Below are positions 12,301-26,400 of a stretch of 64,000 bases of DNA, piece by piece. The position numbers were made by a program, and so were the translations under genes. The stretch spans positions 7,068,001-7,132,000 of the forward strand of contig CM035350.1 in NCBI GenBank assembly GCA_020137815.1, read 5' to 3'. Under the pieces are notes generated by a model. That model made no database searches. It had not been told where the DNA came from and saw only the letters and a program-made list of their open reading frames with translations. The number at the start of each line of letters is the position of its first letter. Within the stretch, counting starts at the first letter, position 1. Source of the DNA: Hormiphora californensis. Taxonomy: Eukaryota > Animalia > Ctenophora.

Positions 12301-13399
12301 CGAATAAACCCCATGGTAGAGGAGAGTGGGAGTCGCTTGCGTTCGCGGCCCTGGTAGCTCTTCTAAACTCTTTATCTCCCTCGCTTCGGCCGGACTAGTA
12401 TCTCTTTCTGTTGTCCTCCCCCCTCATTCCGCATGTCACAGCTTTTTACAAAAGTTGTTTTCTTTTCGATTGCTAGTAATCCTAAACCCCTTAATTCAAT
12501 TTCCCATCTTTAATCCGTGATTGTTCTTTCCGTTCCGATTTTTAATTCCAATCAGTACTAATTAGTTAAAATAACTGTTTCTCTTTAATCTCTTCTATCT
12601 CTGTCGCAGAAAATTGCAAAGTAGACTGGAAATTGACGGTCGTAGAGAGATAAATGTTCACAGATTTCAGGTGGGTCACAACAGAACAAAAGAGATCCCC
12701 ACCCAATGAGGGGGAGATTACCCAAATCGAGATCGCGTTTCAAACGCAATGTACCACAATGGCTCTCTCCCGCTTACTATTAGTGTTTACAATTACAAAT
12801 TAATTGATTCTTTGGGCAGTTTATGCCCTATAAGGTTGGTGTAAGGGACACCCGATACTACGATTACTGTACCGTCGTACCGGAGAGAGATTGTTGTATT
12901 AGATAGAGAGAGAGGAGGTACTCTCTGGTTCTGCGTACCAAAATCTGCTCCCGCCCTCTCCTCGGATCGCTGTTCGGGTGGGCCCCTCGTTCGGTCTCGG
13001 TCGCTACGCGCTCTCTCGCGCCCCGCTCCTCGCCTCCTCTCCCCTTCTCCTCTCTCTCGCTCCCGTATGCGCCCTCTCCGCCCCCCGCCGCGTCTCTCTC
13101 CTCCCTCTCGCTCCCCGCCTCCCCCGCTCGCCGACCCCCGGGGGAGGGTTGTGTGGCCCCCCGGGGGCGAGAGATTGGGGAGATTAGTAATTTGACCATC
13201 TCTCTCGCATTGACTCAATGATTGAGAAGAATATCCTTTAATTCAACTATGTACCTTATTACCTAAATATTTCGCAGCCTAAAATCAAGAATATCGGGAA
13301 AAATATTCTTAATTTTACAACTAATTATCTTTAAACTTTTCAATTTTCATTTTACTTTATTCTAATTTCGCTACTACCGTCCCCGGCCTTTCTCTACCC

Positions 13400-13979
13400 G
13401 GTGGGCGGACTCTAGTGCTAACGGACTCTTTATCTAAATCCAAGGCGGACTCTATATCTAAAAACGGACTCTTTATCTACAGTTAGATTTTGAAAAAAGT
13501 TTAGATAAAGAGTCCTCCCTGTGTAGACTTTTTAGATAAAGAGTCCGCCTTGTGTAGACTTTTTAGATATAGAGTCCTCTAGTACATTTTGGCGCCAAAT
13601 CCTCCAACCCGGACTCTATGTCTAAAATCCTAACCCAACCCAAAACCTAACCCTAACACTAACCCTCACCCTAACCTCGAACCCAAATAACGGCCCTAAC
13701 ACTTCTAAATTAGTATAGGGGTAGAGCAAACTCTCGTTTCCGGCCTAACGGCCGAAATCTCGAGTTCGCGGCGAAAGGCGGACTCTATATCTAATTTAGA
13801 TTTATGTAGATATAGAGTCCACTTTGTTTAGACTTTTTAGATAAAGAGTCCGCCCTGTGTAGACTTTTTAGATAAAGAGTCCTGCTAGAGTTTAGAATTA
13901 TTTGGACTCTTTATCTAAATCTAAATTTAGATATAGAGTCCTCTTTAGACTTAGAGTGTAGCACTAGAGTCCGCACACC
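13400..13979. mobile_element. Non-autonomous TIR element (MULE-like) with a 10 bp TSD
   Basis: TIR ggtg(g/t)gcggactctagtgcta...tagcactagagtccgcacacc. The direct repeat ttctctaccc lies at 13390-13399 and 13980-13989. There are many subterminal ggactct(a/t)tatctaaa repeats and a central degenerate (ccctaa)n tract. Confidence 0.85.
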
Positions 13980-14721
13980 TTCTCTACCCAAACCACCCTT
14001 CTGATCACCTAGCATATAACCACTGACGCGACCCGGAAGAACAGCCACCCTCCTTCTGAAAAGAACAGCCAAGCCACCCACATCCATAAAATACCTTTTA
14101 CTGCCCTCCTAATTACCAATTCAAGTTCAAGTATACCATATATCTCGCAGGACAGTGTGCTCAGATCGGGTCGGAGCCGTCAGACTGACACTCAACAGGA
14201 ATCAAGATTAAAAAAGAGCGTACATGGCTATGGTCCTTTATGAGCTGTATGGCGGCGCCATACCCCATTTGATTCTCAAATACCCCATTTGATTCTCAAA
14301 TTGGGCGCGACAGTGCGCTCAGATGGGTCGCGGCGCCAGACAGTTTATGAGGGTGAAGCATATATGAGCAAATAGAGTAGAGGTAGGGAAAGGGAAGGGG
14401 GTACAATTTAATGAACAATAGTATCACATTTAGTACTGTAATTACGGTAGTAGCATCTGTTATAACTGCAGCTCCCCTTGACTTCAGTAGCTTTACTACT
14501 AGAGTAACGCTGCGAACTGGTTTACAAAATACAAAAAGTAAACCACAATTACTAACCTATAACTTATTATCAGGTGTTGTGCTGTTAACTGAAAGTGGAA
14601 GGTGAGATACCATGATCACTGCAGCTTCTCTGGGATCTTGCCAGTCGTCCATGGCCGGTCCCTTACTTTTACAGAGTCATGTAGATCGTTCATGGGTCCC
14701 AATTAATTTTGCAGAGTTATA

Positions 14722-16915
14722 ACGTGTTGGGCAAAAAAAATGTCCCCCCTAGACTAGCATAGTTCCAGATATCGTAGAGCTCTAAAATTTTACACAATTA
14801 CTCTATGGGACAAATAAATAAGTTCCACAAAATTTCAGACTTTTAGCTCAAAGTTCATTTTTTCGATAGGAATGAACATTGCCATTCATTCCAAAAAACA
14901 TATTTTTTCGGTCCAGAAGTCAAACGATTGTCTTTGGCTCTCAATTTTCTTTCAAATGCGACCAATAAAAGCCAAAACGGACAACCACACAGCACACAGT
15001 GGTCATGTTTCTGACTTGTTGTTGTTGTTGTATGCGCCTCCGCTTCCAATCCTCTACTTGTGATTTTATCCCGTCCGGCAGCCAGTTCCTCACGCCCGAG
15101 AAGGACGGAGCTCAGGTTCCAGAGTTTCCTCTTTCCCCCGGGAGAGTTTTCTTCCTCCGTCTTATGTCCATGGTTTTGGAGATAAGGGTGGAATCGTCTC
15201 CCATAACTGTCTTGACAGGTCCCATGAAGAGGACCGCACCAGCACTGTTTTCACATTGTGCCAGTCTCGGATATCTCCAGCGATCCTTGGTGAGTGGCAT
15301 CTCAGCATTGATCGCTTTAGATGTGGCCTTGGCTAGGACAATTCGGACGCTCCATTGACTATGGCACCTTTGTAGATTTTGCGCTGCCAACCTCTGATTT
15401 GTAATCAGTACTCTATGTGGGTTCATGGAACATCACTTTTTGTTCGTGATGCAGATGCAGCGTCCGGCCGTTCATGGGGTAGTTAGGGCAGGTTCCTTCC
15501 CAATTAACGGAACTCTGGCGTGTGAAATGTTTAGTGGGTTAGGTATCTATGTGCGTCACTCATAGAAATTTGTTTTGTAGCATGGGATAGTGGTTTGTTC
15601 TGTTTGTTGATCAGGTTTTTGTGGAGGCTTGTTTGTTGGTAGAGAGTGATGATGTTGGTTTGTTACCTTCATCGTTTGGGGGGTAATCGCCATTTGGGAA
15701 TCTCCTACGCTTCTCATGGACTTTTGAAGAAGCGTAGGTAGTAGCGAGGCTACTGGTTAGTGTAGTTTCTCCCTGTTGGGCTACGGAAACACCCCTTGAG
15801 TTTATCTCGACCTCGGCGTGGGAATTTTGCCGAGAGTCGGTGGTAGCTAACCAGTTATGACCTAGCTTGTTAGACCTTTTATACCTGTCCAGAGGCTAGG
15901 TGGACAGAAGGTAGAGGGGGGCCAGTTGAGATTAGACCTCCTCCAGCCTGGACTTTTGCTGGAGGACGGTTTGGCCGGTATATAGCCAGCCTACTTTGGC
16001 CCAGTGCACAAGGCTGGGGAGATGGTGTAATACCGGCCGGGGGTATCTCTAGTCAGAGAGAGATGAGTCATGAGCGGATTGGAGAAAGGAAGAGAGAAAA
16101 ACACACCACCCAAGGAGGGCAGCTCTGTTTCCTTGGAGTGGTATGTGAGATGCTCCAGGCAGTTTTCTGAGCTTCATGGCTTACCCCGGGGTATGCCGGG
16201 TCACCCTTGAAGATTCCCTGCCTGGTCTGTAGGACACTATTGCTATCTAAAATAATAGACATTAGCCGCGGCCTGCATCTCAAGGGCGTGGGAAGGAATC
16301 TCACCCTCCAGTTTCTGACTGTTAGTCAGGTCATGTGATCCCCGCCGAATCGTGTAAGTTATTCAGAGTTGCTAAATCATGCTTAGTGGTGGAGAATCAC
16401 GTATCACAGCCGCTAATGAGGGATGACGATGACGATTGGTCATGAGATCCGAATCTCATTAACAAGTGACCTCTTTAGCCAAGTACTCTCGAATCACATG
16501 TCGCTTTTTCGATACACATCCCTCATTAGCGGCTGTGATACGTGATTCTTCACCACTAAGCCTGATTAGCAACTCTGAATAACTTACACGATTCGGTGGG
16601 GATCACATGACCTGACTAACAGTCAGAAACATGACCACTGTGTGCCTTGTGGTTGGCCGTTTTGGCTTTTATTGGTCGCATTTGAAAGAAAATCGAGAGC
16701 CAAAGACAATAGCTTGACTTCTGGACCGAAAAATCATGTTTTTTGGAATGAATGACAATGTTCATTCCGATCGAAAAAATGAACTTTGAGCTAAAAGTCT
16801 GAAATTTTGTGGAACTTATTTATTTGTCCCATAGAGTAACTGTGTAAAATTTTAGAGCTCTACGATATCTGGAACTATGCTAGTCTAGGGGGGACATTTT
16901 TTTTGCCCAACACGT
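14722..16915. mobile_element. Long-TIR foldback MITE (TA TSD, Tc1/mariner-type) whose left arm is interrupted by a retroposon
   Basis: Termini ta|acgtgttgggcaaaa...ttttgcccaacacgt|ta. Segments 14722-15016 plus 16321-16425 mirror 16517-16915. Confidence 0.85.
15017..16310 (-). mobile_element. Non-autonomous or decayed non-LTR retroposon (RTE-like) with a (CAA)n tail and 10 bp TSD
   Basis: The TSD gtttctgact occurs at 15007-15016 and 16311-16320. The intact mirror arm of the host MITE shows the empty site. The minus-strand 3' end is caacaacaacaacaa. There is no intact long ORF, so the RTE assignment is an inference from the tail and TSD. Confidence 0.7.
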
Positions 16916-17726
16916 TAGATCGTTATCTTCCGATTTCTTCTGCCTGGGTAAAAAAATATGATCGTAATATGCTGATGGAGCCGGGAGCGACCTGCGACGC
17001 CTATGACATAATCAAAACGGGATCACAATTCTCACCTCAGTGCCATGTTTGTCTTGTCATAGTATTTCCAATGATATATCTCTATTCACTTCGCATTCAG
17101 TGTATCACCGCTAGCTTCTATAGGACCTATATTAAGAGCAGAGATTTCATTATCAGTGGGTTAAGTGGGTTAAGGATAAGATCGAGATTTATAATATTGT
17201 TAGAAAGGCGTCGACAAGCAGGCGAAATTTGTAGATTTAATATACTAACGATCAGCCCAGTAACTCAGTCTTTATAATACTCCAACCGATATACCCGATA
17301 CCCGGATAAGAAAAGAAGCGTCAGATACGAGAAGCATACATATATATACATGTATATATACATGTATATAGGTACAGCTAATGTGAATTGTATTTGATTT
17401 GTAACCCAATTTCATACGAAGAGTTAGTGATTGCCGTAAACCAATGACTATACAGCAGTCAGAGCAATATTGGCCAGTCAGAGCAGTATTGACAGTATAG
17501 AACTAAACGTAGCATCTAGCTGCCCATACTTTTGTAACACATTCATTTGTCTAAATCGTCCAGACAGTTCCAAGCTGCAAGAGAGATATTTGGCCCAACA
17601 TGAACACATGGGAAGAGGTGAGATTTCCGCAGACCTTCCATCGCCAGCAACAAACTGAGAATTATTTAGATTCCATTGTTTACATAGCAGAATGGAAAGA
17701 GGAATCCGGATAGAAAAATAGAAAAG

Positions 17727-17839
<113 letters not shown>

Positions 17840-18830
17840 AAGAAAGTTGATCAAATTCCCATTCGATCCATCCCTCTACTGACACGTTGAGATCAGAAGC
17901 TTTAACCAACCGACAGCTTATGCTTTGTTGTAATTTTTTGCTTTTGCATAAATTGTAAATTTGTCAGGCGAATGCTCTGACCACGGTTCTCACGCACTCT
18001 GCATGCAGAACTGAACATTAAAGAATAATGAGAATAGGGCCAGGCCAAAGGTTTGAGCCAGACAGTAAATTGGTTGACTTCTTAATCCATGAAGTAATTT
18101 TAATAGGGCTCCGCGAAGAATAGGCTCCCGCCCTGTGGACAGCAAGAACTCACGTGCGCGTGATGTAAAGCACGTTTTCAGCAAATCCCGCGTGACAGAC
18201 TGTTTTGGGAGACCTTTTTAGCTGACCTAGCACTACTCAAACGTCAATTACCGCCTCATTTCTCATCGTGATAAATCGGCATTCGGCGGGTATTTTCCCA
18301 TGCTCACAAGGCCATGACGATTCACCCAGTACCCGCAGATTGTCCCAGGATCGAATAGGAGCTTGCAGCCAGGTCTTTAAAGAATTGCCCATGTTTAGAG
18401 TCAATTTTGACCCACTATTCCTCAAATACTGATACTCGCGGGTATTTTCCGTAAAACTAGAGACAATTATCTGCCAGTGGCAACAAACAAGATGCAAATC
18501 GGTTCAGTAGTTCCTTGCAGCCAGGTCTTTGAAAAAGTTTGCTCTAAAATCAATAACAGGGCGGAGGCCTGTATGTGAGATCGATCTCAGTCGCGCGCGA
18601 CGTCGATCTCACTCAGGTATCAATGTGGCCAAGGGGAGATCTTGGTGAAGGAGAGATTGATTGATTGGATAATGAGATATTATGTCGATCTGATTTAATT
18701 CTTGCTCAGATCTCATAATTCATAATATTATTCATTATTTGCGGTATTTGCGATATTATAAATTCAGTGATCTGTGATAATGATAATTCCCCAAGGCACC
18801 CCTTTGAATGATCTTGGAACAGTCCCGTAA

Positions 18831-19011
18831 CAGTGCTGCTTGTAGTCGTATTACCGTAAGGGAAATACAGTAATGAGACGTGCACGTTGCATAACGCGCT
18901 GCAAAAAGTGCATGTGTTCAGCACGTACTAGCGCCCTGATTGGCCACAGTTGCGTGTCGTCTTACTGTATCTCCGTTTTCCATTACCGTTTTTCCACTAC
19001 ACGCGACCGTG
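18831..19011. mobile_element. About 180 bp MITE with TAA flanks (PIF/Harbinger-type target), copy 1
   Basis: A closely similar copy lies at 59322-59502. Both are bounded by taa|cagtgctgcttgtagt...actaca(c/a)gcgaccgtg|taa with imperfect TIRs. Confidence 0.7.
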
Positions 19012-20057
19012 TAACTCCCATTCTTAGAGAACTAGGGGTGCGTTGTTGAGTAAGGGGGTGTGTGCATTAAATTCCCCAGTATTCCTGTATTCCCAAGCTT
19101 TATAGTAGCAAGTTAATCTAATACTAGCTACAACACCCTACCCAGTGCTGCACGCGGTTCCTTCAAGACAACTATATAGCTATTTTTGATAATTCCATGC
19201 GCTCCTTATTACCTGTAGCACCTCTCTTTCTCTGCTGCAGCCCCTTGCTTTAATATGACTTGATACTAACCGGCTGCCAATTACTCCTTGTCAGTAGACT
19301 TGTGTCTACACTGTCTGTATAGTGCTTAGAGAGTCAAAATTACGTGATTTAGGCGGCCTATCCCCTGCACAGTGTCCTGCACTTCAATACAGTCCTTCAA
19401 TACAGTCCTTCAATACAGTCATTCAATACAGTCCTTCAATACAGTCATTCAATAATCTGTTACATCAGCTATAATGAACAACTTATTGTTTTGTACTGTT
19501 CTTTACCTAGCATGGATACTTCTTCTTCATTTAACTTCACGACACTTTCATACGCATTTCATCAGGAATTCTGAGTGATGTATGTAAATTATAGCATGTG
19601 TTGAGTGCTTTCTCATCACTGATACAACTACTGGCTTTCGTCACATTAATATTCTTTCCTCACCCTCTCCTTACTTCTATAATCTCTCCCTATACCAGCA
19701 TACCACTCTTTTGATTATAAGTAACATATAATAACACTGTCTCCCTATATAAGTGAGCGAATACACTGCATGATTTACCCTTCCCCCAAGCTAAGTATTT
19801 TATAAACACACAAATCACAGTTTAGATAGTTTCGACGTTTCCCGGCTACTTTTCACATCCCAGTGCTGCAAATATTCTCATTCAGTTTATGAATTCTAGA
19901 ATTATTTGGCGATTACTTTTATTGCTCTTTATGCAGGTTATATTATGTAGGTATGCAGGTTCGGTAGGATATGTATTACATGTCCTGTATTGATTCGGCA
20001 GACAAAAGTATGTGACCCTGCGAGTCTCCCCCTCCTATAAGGAGTCTAGACAAAGTA

Positions 20058-20140
20058 CAGTCGGACCCCGATATACCGGGATCCTCGGGGGAAAGGGTTT
20101 TGCCAGGTAAATCGGGGCCCGGTATATCGGGGTCCGACTG
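20058..20140. mobile_element. 83 bp TA-flanked MITE, same family as 6398-6567
   Basis: ta|cagtcggaccccgatataccggg...cccggtatatcggggtccgactg|ta. Confidence 0.8.
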
Positions 20141-22243
20141 TACAAAGTATACAGGAACAGTTTAGCATGAAGTGTCTCAGAATATAGCAAGATAAATATG
20201 TTATCTTCTGAGGAACTTCATGATATATCAGTGCCAGTCTGTTTCCACACAACGTTCACATTATGTCTCTCTCATTTCTACACACCTTCGCCCGGCCCGA
20301 TTGTAATTGAATTTCGGTGCCACCTCTCTCTCTCTCCCTCCCTCCTATAACATGATGGTGTTTAGCGCTGTATCACTCCTCCAGTCTTCCCTTGTTCCTA
20401 CGCCGCCCCTCATTTCATACTCCTCAGATTATTTATTTCTGTGCTGGTTTAATATACAGCGAGGCAACTTTCATTAACACCTTCTTTGCTAAAACAGTAA
20501 ACTCTGCATTCTCTCGCTCTAAAACCGTCTTCCCTCGCTCTAAAACCGCTCTAAAACCGTCTTCTTCGATCTATTTTGAGGCGGTTAATAGCACGGATAT
20601 ATAAACGAGCACTCAGTTCCCATTAATTCATAATTCCGCTCCTGGCATTTAGTGTTATGAGAGATAGAGCTTGTTATTTCGCATGCAATATCTTTGCTCA
20701 ATCACAATATTTCGCAGCTGACACCAATTGCTGTGTGATTGTTTGGGGTTACCTCAACTCTCTTGTCTGCTGCACAGATCACGCCTTTGTTTATTGTGAG
20801 CTCTGTTATAAAGTTGTTGTAGTGCATTGCAATTTGTGTTGCTGGAGGAGGCGGGGGCGGAGGTGTGACAGATATCGCAGCTTAGACGCAAATAGTTTTC
20901 CTGTGAAAATGGCGTGCCTTCCTCTACCTCTTCACACCTTCTCTCTCTATCTCTCTCTCTCTCTCTCTGTCACTCTCTCTATCTCCCTATCTCTCTCTTT
21001 CTCTCTCTCCATCTATCTCTGTCACTCTCTCTATCTCCCTATCTCTCTCTCTTTCTCTCTCCCTCTCTCTCTCTGTCTATCTCCGAACTGCTTCCGTTTT
21101 TTAGTCTACTCTTCGCTTCGTCTACAAATGCCAACAATTACTGTATATTTTGCCTGCTGCAGTTTGCCCGGTATATTGATATAAGATATGGCATTACATG
21201 GTATGGAAGTGCCAAGTGTCAGAAAAACTGGTCCAGAATTTTTTGTTCAAACCCTAAAATTATTTTTTTCTGTGCGGGGCCCGTGGGAATGGACTTTCGT
21301 TTCATTCCCACAACGTGATTTAGTCTGGATAATCATATGATGTGCATGTGAAGCTTATAAAGGAGCAGTTGTTCCACGGTGATCTTTCTAGTTTTGCTCA
21401 TATTTTGCTCAGAAACGACATAATAAAAATTTACAATTCGGGAGAGGGGGTATTTTCATGCGGATTCTTCATCGATATAATCATATTCACAGTATCGAAT
21501 GGAAGCAGAAATGTTTTTCCTTCATAATTTACAGGAGCTGCCCCTGCCAGGCAATAAGTTTATTATCTATCCAAAGAAATATTCTGTATAATAGTCAGCG
21601 AGGGAGCTACAATTAATTGCCTAGATTAATATTGCTGCATGCTACTATAATACTTTATCTCCCCGATTATTCGGTCCCACAGCAAGGGAAATCTTCAAGC
21701 TTTTATTGTTGGCCTTTTATTATTACATTACCTCGAATTACTATGTAAAATAACATTCTTCTCTAGCTCTCACGACTCATATTACCGACCGCTTAACTCT
21801 TTGAGGCTACCGGGTGATGCTGGGTTTCTGTTTCTGCTTTTCGTTAGCAATACCCTTGTAGGTTACAGATTGCCGCCCCCCCCCCTGTGCTAAACTTTGG
21901 TTGGTTTTGACTTTATGTACATTTTAGAATTGTGTGACATGAGAGGGACATGAGCGGTTGCATGGAACAGGTTTTATCAATATCGCTTCTACTCCTGCTG
22001 TTATCGTTGTGTTCAGCTGAACCAGTGAAGAAACCAGAAAAACCAGTAAGTTAATTGTACTTGTATAATACAAATAATGTACTAAATATACTTTTCGAGA
22101 ATATAGAAGTGTTTCTTTGTACATCGTGTCCTTTATCTAGAGTGATAAATTGCACTCGCATATATATTAGGTGGCATTTCAAAGTGAAAGGTGGTAAGAC
22201 AATTCTTAAATTTACTGGACTACCTTGTACCTACAAGTTCCTA

Positions 22244-22999
22244 ACGGGTGACAACTAAAAATTGTTACTAATTTAAAACAGCTGTAGAATTTTTCCCTTT
22301 TGAGATACAGCTTCGGGCCAGTAATAGAACGATTTTTCGGACAATTTTGAATCAGAAAAACATAACGGCGATGACTAAAACGTTGATTCTCATAGCGATA
22401 TTGGATCATTTCCTCTTGCCCCACCAAAGCATATAGTCCGTGAAATCTACACGTTTTTCTAGCGCCTCTAGCGCCTGTTCTAGTCGAAATACAGCTTCGG
22501 GACAGTGATAGAATGATTTTTCAGACAATTTTGAACGAAATTAACTTTGCTTCAAACTTCATAAATCTCAATTTCCTGATCAGAATCTTCTGTAACAAAG
22601 CGTAGTTTACAGGTAATTTGAGAAATCGCCATTTCGACATCTCTCGAAACATTAATAACCGTGGAAACCCAACTTCCCAATGAGCCAAAATCTTCAAACT
22701 TGGCAGTTATATTGGTTATGGCATGAACAACCAGACTTCCAATTATGAGAATTCTATCTCATCGGGAAGGTCGTTTCTGATAACATAGAAATTTCAAATC
22801 TCCGTACTATATGCTTTGGTGGGGCAAGAGGAAATGATCCGATATCGCTATGAGAATCAACGTTTTAGTCATCGCCGTTATGTTATCCTGATTCAAAATT
22901 GTCTGAAAAATCGTTATATCACTGGCCCGAAGCTGTATCTCAAAAGAGAAAAATTCTACAGCTGTTTTAAATTAGTAACAATTTTTAGTTGTCACCCGT
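22244..22999. mobile_element. MITE with TIRs of about 195 bp and a TA TSD
   Basis: Termini ta|acgggtgacaactaaaa...ttttagttgtcacccgt|ta. The mirrored arms give near-identical ORFs on opposite strands (22212-22427 and 22816-23025). Confidence 0.88.
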
Positions 23000-23402
23000 T
23001 ATGCATCCCCCTCCGGAGTAAATAAATAAAATTAATTAGTGACTAATTAAATCTACAGCTGCTAACAATTCTGTTTCTTCTAGAAGTTTTTGGTGCCTAC
23101 TTCCCTAATCGATATTCCCCGGGAACAAGTAGACGGTTATGTGTTTGGGAGCACAGATGCAGTGGCGGATGGAGAAGATATAGAAGACAACACCGTCCGA
23201 CGTGGACAGCGTGACCAAGTGGTACGTCTTGGAGTTGGGATACAATGTAAACCGTAAAGGTGCACGATCGCTATCAGAAATTGGTGACGCAGTCACCCCT
23301 ACACTAGCCGCACGCAGCGCGGCTAAACGAAGCCTGCGAAGGGGATTTCATCACCAATATCAGAAACCTATTTCATTAACGTTTCTTCTGTGTTTCGTAC
23401 AG

Positions 23403-26400
23403 TGTGAAAGTCAGGCGAACCGGGGCTGCCAGGAGAGATGTGTGGGATATGAAGAGTACTGCTTTTGTGCGACCAACCGGAAAACATTCCGAAACCAATG
23501 TGAAATGGCGTGCATGAGGAAAGTGGAGATGACGGTGATTAACTGGCTTCACTTTGGAAAATGCGAACAAGGTGAGCACTCATGATGTCATAATTACATG
23601 TTCGTGTAAACACTAGGGGATATGTTGAGTCGCTAAAAAGAAAGTATGAATAATTCAAGGGATATGTATAATCTCGGATAACCTGGATAGCCCAGATATT
23701 TTCGTGATAGCCGGAAAGTCAATTATACATATCCTTTACCGTTTCGCGTCTAATAATTCAATGTAATCTCATCAGGGGGACTTCGGGTAAACTCATAGCT
23801 CATGCTTAATCCCGCCCTTTCACTTCTTATCCGCATTCCAAAGATCTGTGCAACCTCGGCCGTGTGTTGTAGGGCAGAGCATACCAGGAAGGGCATCCAG
23901 CAGCAGAAATCGATGAGGCAAAGTAAAGAGGCTTTCAGACTGAGCGAATTCGATCTTTTGGCGAGAACTGCTAAGGAAAAATGCACACTGGGTCGTTACC
24001 GTAGAAATGGCAGCCTTTTGCCTCTTACCAGATCATAATCCTTTTCCCGGAACAATACAGGAGACATCCCCCATGTTTTGTTCAACCCCGCGAAAGACAG
24101 TCTAGCTAGGCAAATGGCGATAGTGTTCTGTAGTAGTGATTTGAAATGAGCGCATTCCAACCTCACAAAAACTACTGAAAAAATGAGGCAAGATGCAATG
24201 AATTGTATTTAGCGTGTGTGTGATGTGTGTCCATGCCCACAATAAGCCACCTCCATTTCCCATAAGGCCCATTAGTAACGGAAGCACCGACTGTGGATTC
24301 CATTGAGACAAGTGAGTTAGAAGCACCTACTGCAGCAGTGGAGAGAGAGAAGGAGCTGCATTGATTAAATATATTACAAAGTGGGAGCTTGCTGATCATG
24401 TTGTTAATCTGTGTGTTATAGTGTGACATCCTGTAATACCCGGTACGGGGAGCTAACCAACACACGTGTTACAGCGTGCCCGAGGGAACGATTGGATAGC
24501 TACACGGCAATGACGAGGGAACTACTGGTAGTAGAGTACCTCAAACGTAACCGAAACAATCGAAGGTACATATTATTATTTCATAAACTACTGCACCTCA
24601 TATATTTGCCTTGCTCGGATACCGGATACAGAATTTGTAGTTTGTACTATGCAATTTTTCATTCGTGATGAATTATTCCCCTTTTTAGGTGCTCCAAGTT
24701 GGTAAGCTGCGATCAGCTAAATCGGGTCCTGAAACACACCGAAGGAAGTCAATCAATAAACGAATGTCTGAATGCCCTTCCGGGATTCTTCCTCTTTGCT
24801 GGACTTGACTGTACCAAAAGTAAGGTCCAATTTATGTGTGTGTTTATTACTTGTTTGTGTGCTGGGTTTCTTAAGTTGCAAACACATGCATTTACATACT
24901 GCAGGCAGCGAGATAAGGGAATTGATGGCAGAGCCTAGTCCTTTAGATTATGTGCTCCAAATTTTGAAAAGTCTCTCAGCAAGTTCGTAAGGAGCATGAA
25001 AGCATTTCAGAGCACTGATTTCAGCACTGTTCAAAAGCAATAATCGTCGCTCTTGCATTACAAAACAATCGAGTCAAGTATATTATACTTGCGATCATAT
25101 TTTTCATTATCATTTCAGAAAAGAAAGGCATTTGGCTAAACAGTTTTCAAAAGAAAACAATATCAAACATAAAGCATAGCATAGTGCCCTTGACTGGCTA
25201 AAATTCCCTTGTCTCGTGATTTTGTAATGCAAAAAAGCCAAATGCATGCGTTCCTTGGAAATTCCTTGTTGACCTTGTTTTTCTCTGACTACAGCTATAC
25301 TTTTTTGTAACAGGTGAAGTGAATGATAAATTGAACGCAGTGTTCAATTCTGAGCCGGTGATTCGGTGCAAACAGGCCGAGACTGTCAACAGGAAACTGT
25401 TTAACACAAAAAATTGTGCCAGGGACCAAAATGGTACGTAAAAGCTCTTTAAAAAGTTAAATTCCCGAATCAGTCTAATTATATTTCTGTCCACTCTCAC
25501 TTTATATGTTTGATAGAGAGAAAGAAATAAGTTTGCTTTCTGAACCAGAATAAGATTTTTAATATCTTCTCTGGCTGCTAATCTCACTTTCTCTCACACA
25601 TACATGCTTTTCAGAACCAGATCTACAGACCTTAGTGAGGTGGACTTTCGACCATTTCGACAATGATCACAACCTCAAACTGGATACCGATGAATTAAGT
25701 GTGAGTGCTATCATTATTTGTTTTCATTTCCATTCTTCTCTCATTCCTTCCACTCGAAAACGATCTTTTGAATTTCAGGTGCTAACGAAAATACCCTACC
25801 AAGACTGTGGAGAAGCATTTTTCCGGTCGTGTGATAAAGATTTCAATGGGATTCTCAGGGAAGACGAATGGGCGGAATGCCTCGGGTGTGCAGGTCGGTG
25901 ATATTTTAATAATCAGAACTCGATATATAACGTGCTTTTCAGAAGACACACGGCACGGTAAACCATCTATTGACAAAACAATCGCTTTTTGCTACTCTTG
26001 ATATAATATCTCGATTCTGTCAGGTTGCCACAGGCCATGTCAGGTATTCCGAAGTGAACGGAAGGACAAGGACAGGAACACTCGATTCGTGCAGAGCATA
26101 GTCCAATGCGAGGATGATGGGACGTGTGCAAAGAAACAATGCGAAAGACAATTCGGAAGACATAAACTCTGCTGGTAGGTCAATCAGCGGTCAGAGCATT
26201 GGCCTGACAGTCAAACAGCAAACGTTTCATTCAGTCGAAGTCGATATCAAGTGCCTTAATTTTCTTGCTCGATCGCGGACCGTTATAAAGGAGGAACATG
26301 ACAGAGCCTTATCTGAGGTGGGCCTAGGACTATGTAGCAGCTACAGACGTAGCCGTTTTTCCTCAACTTCCATTTCCTACAGGTGTGTGGACGAGAGTTG

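Noticed and set aside
12600-14610. Possible small plus-strand exons (about 12610-12670 and 14574-14601)
   Set aside because: Splice-like signals are present, but joining them gives an early stop and no recognisable protein. They could be UTR exons but cannot be supported from sequence alone.
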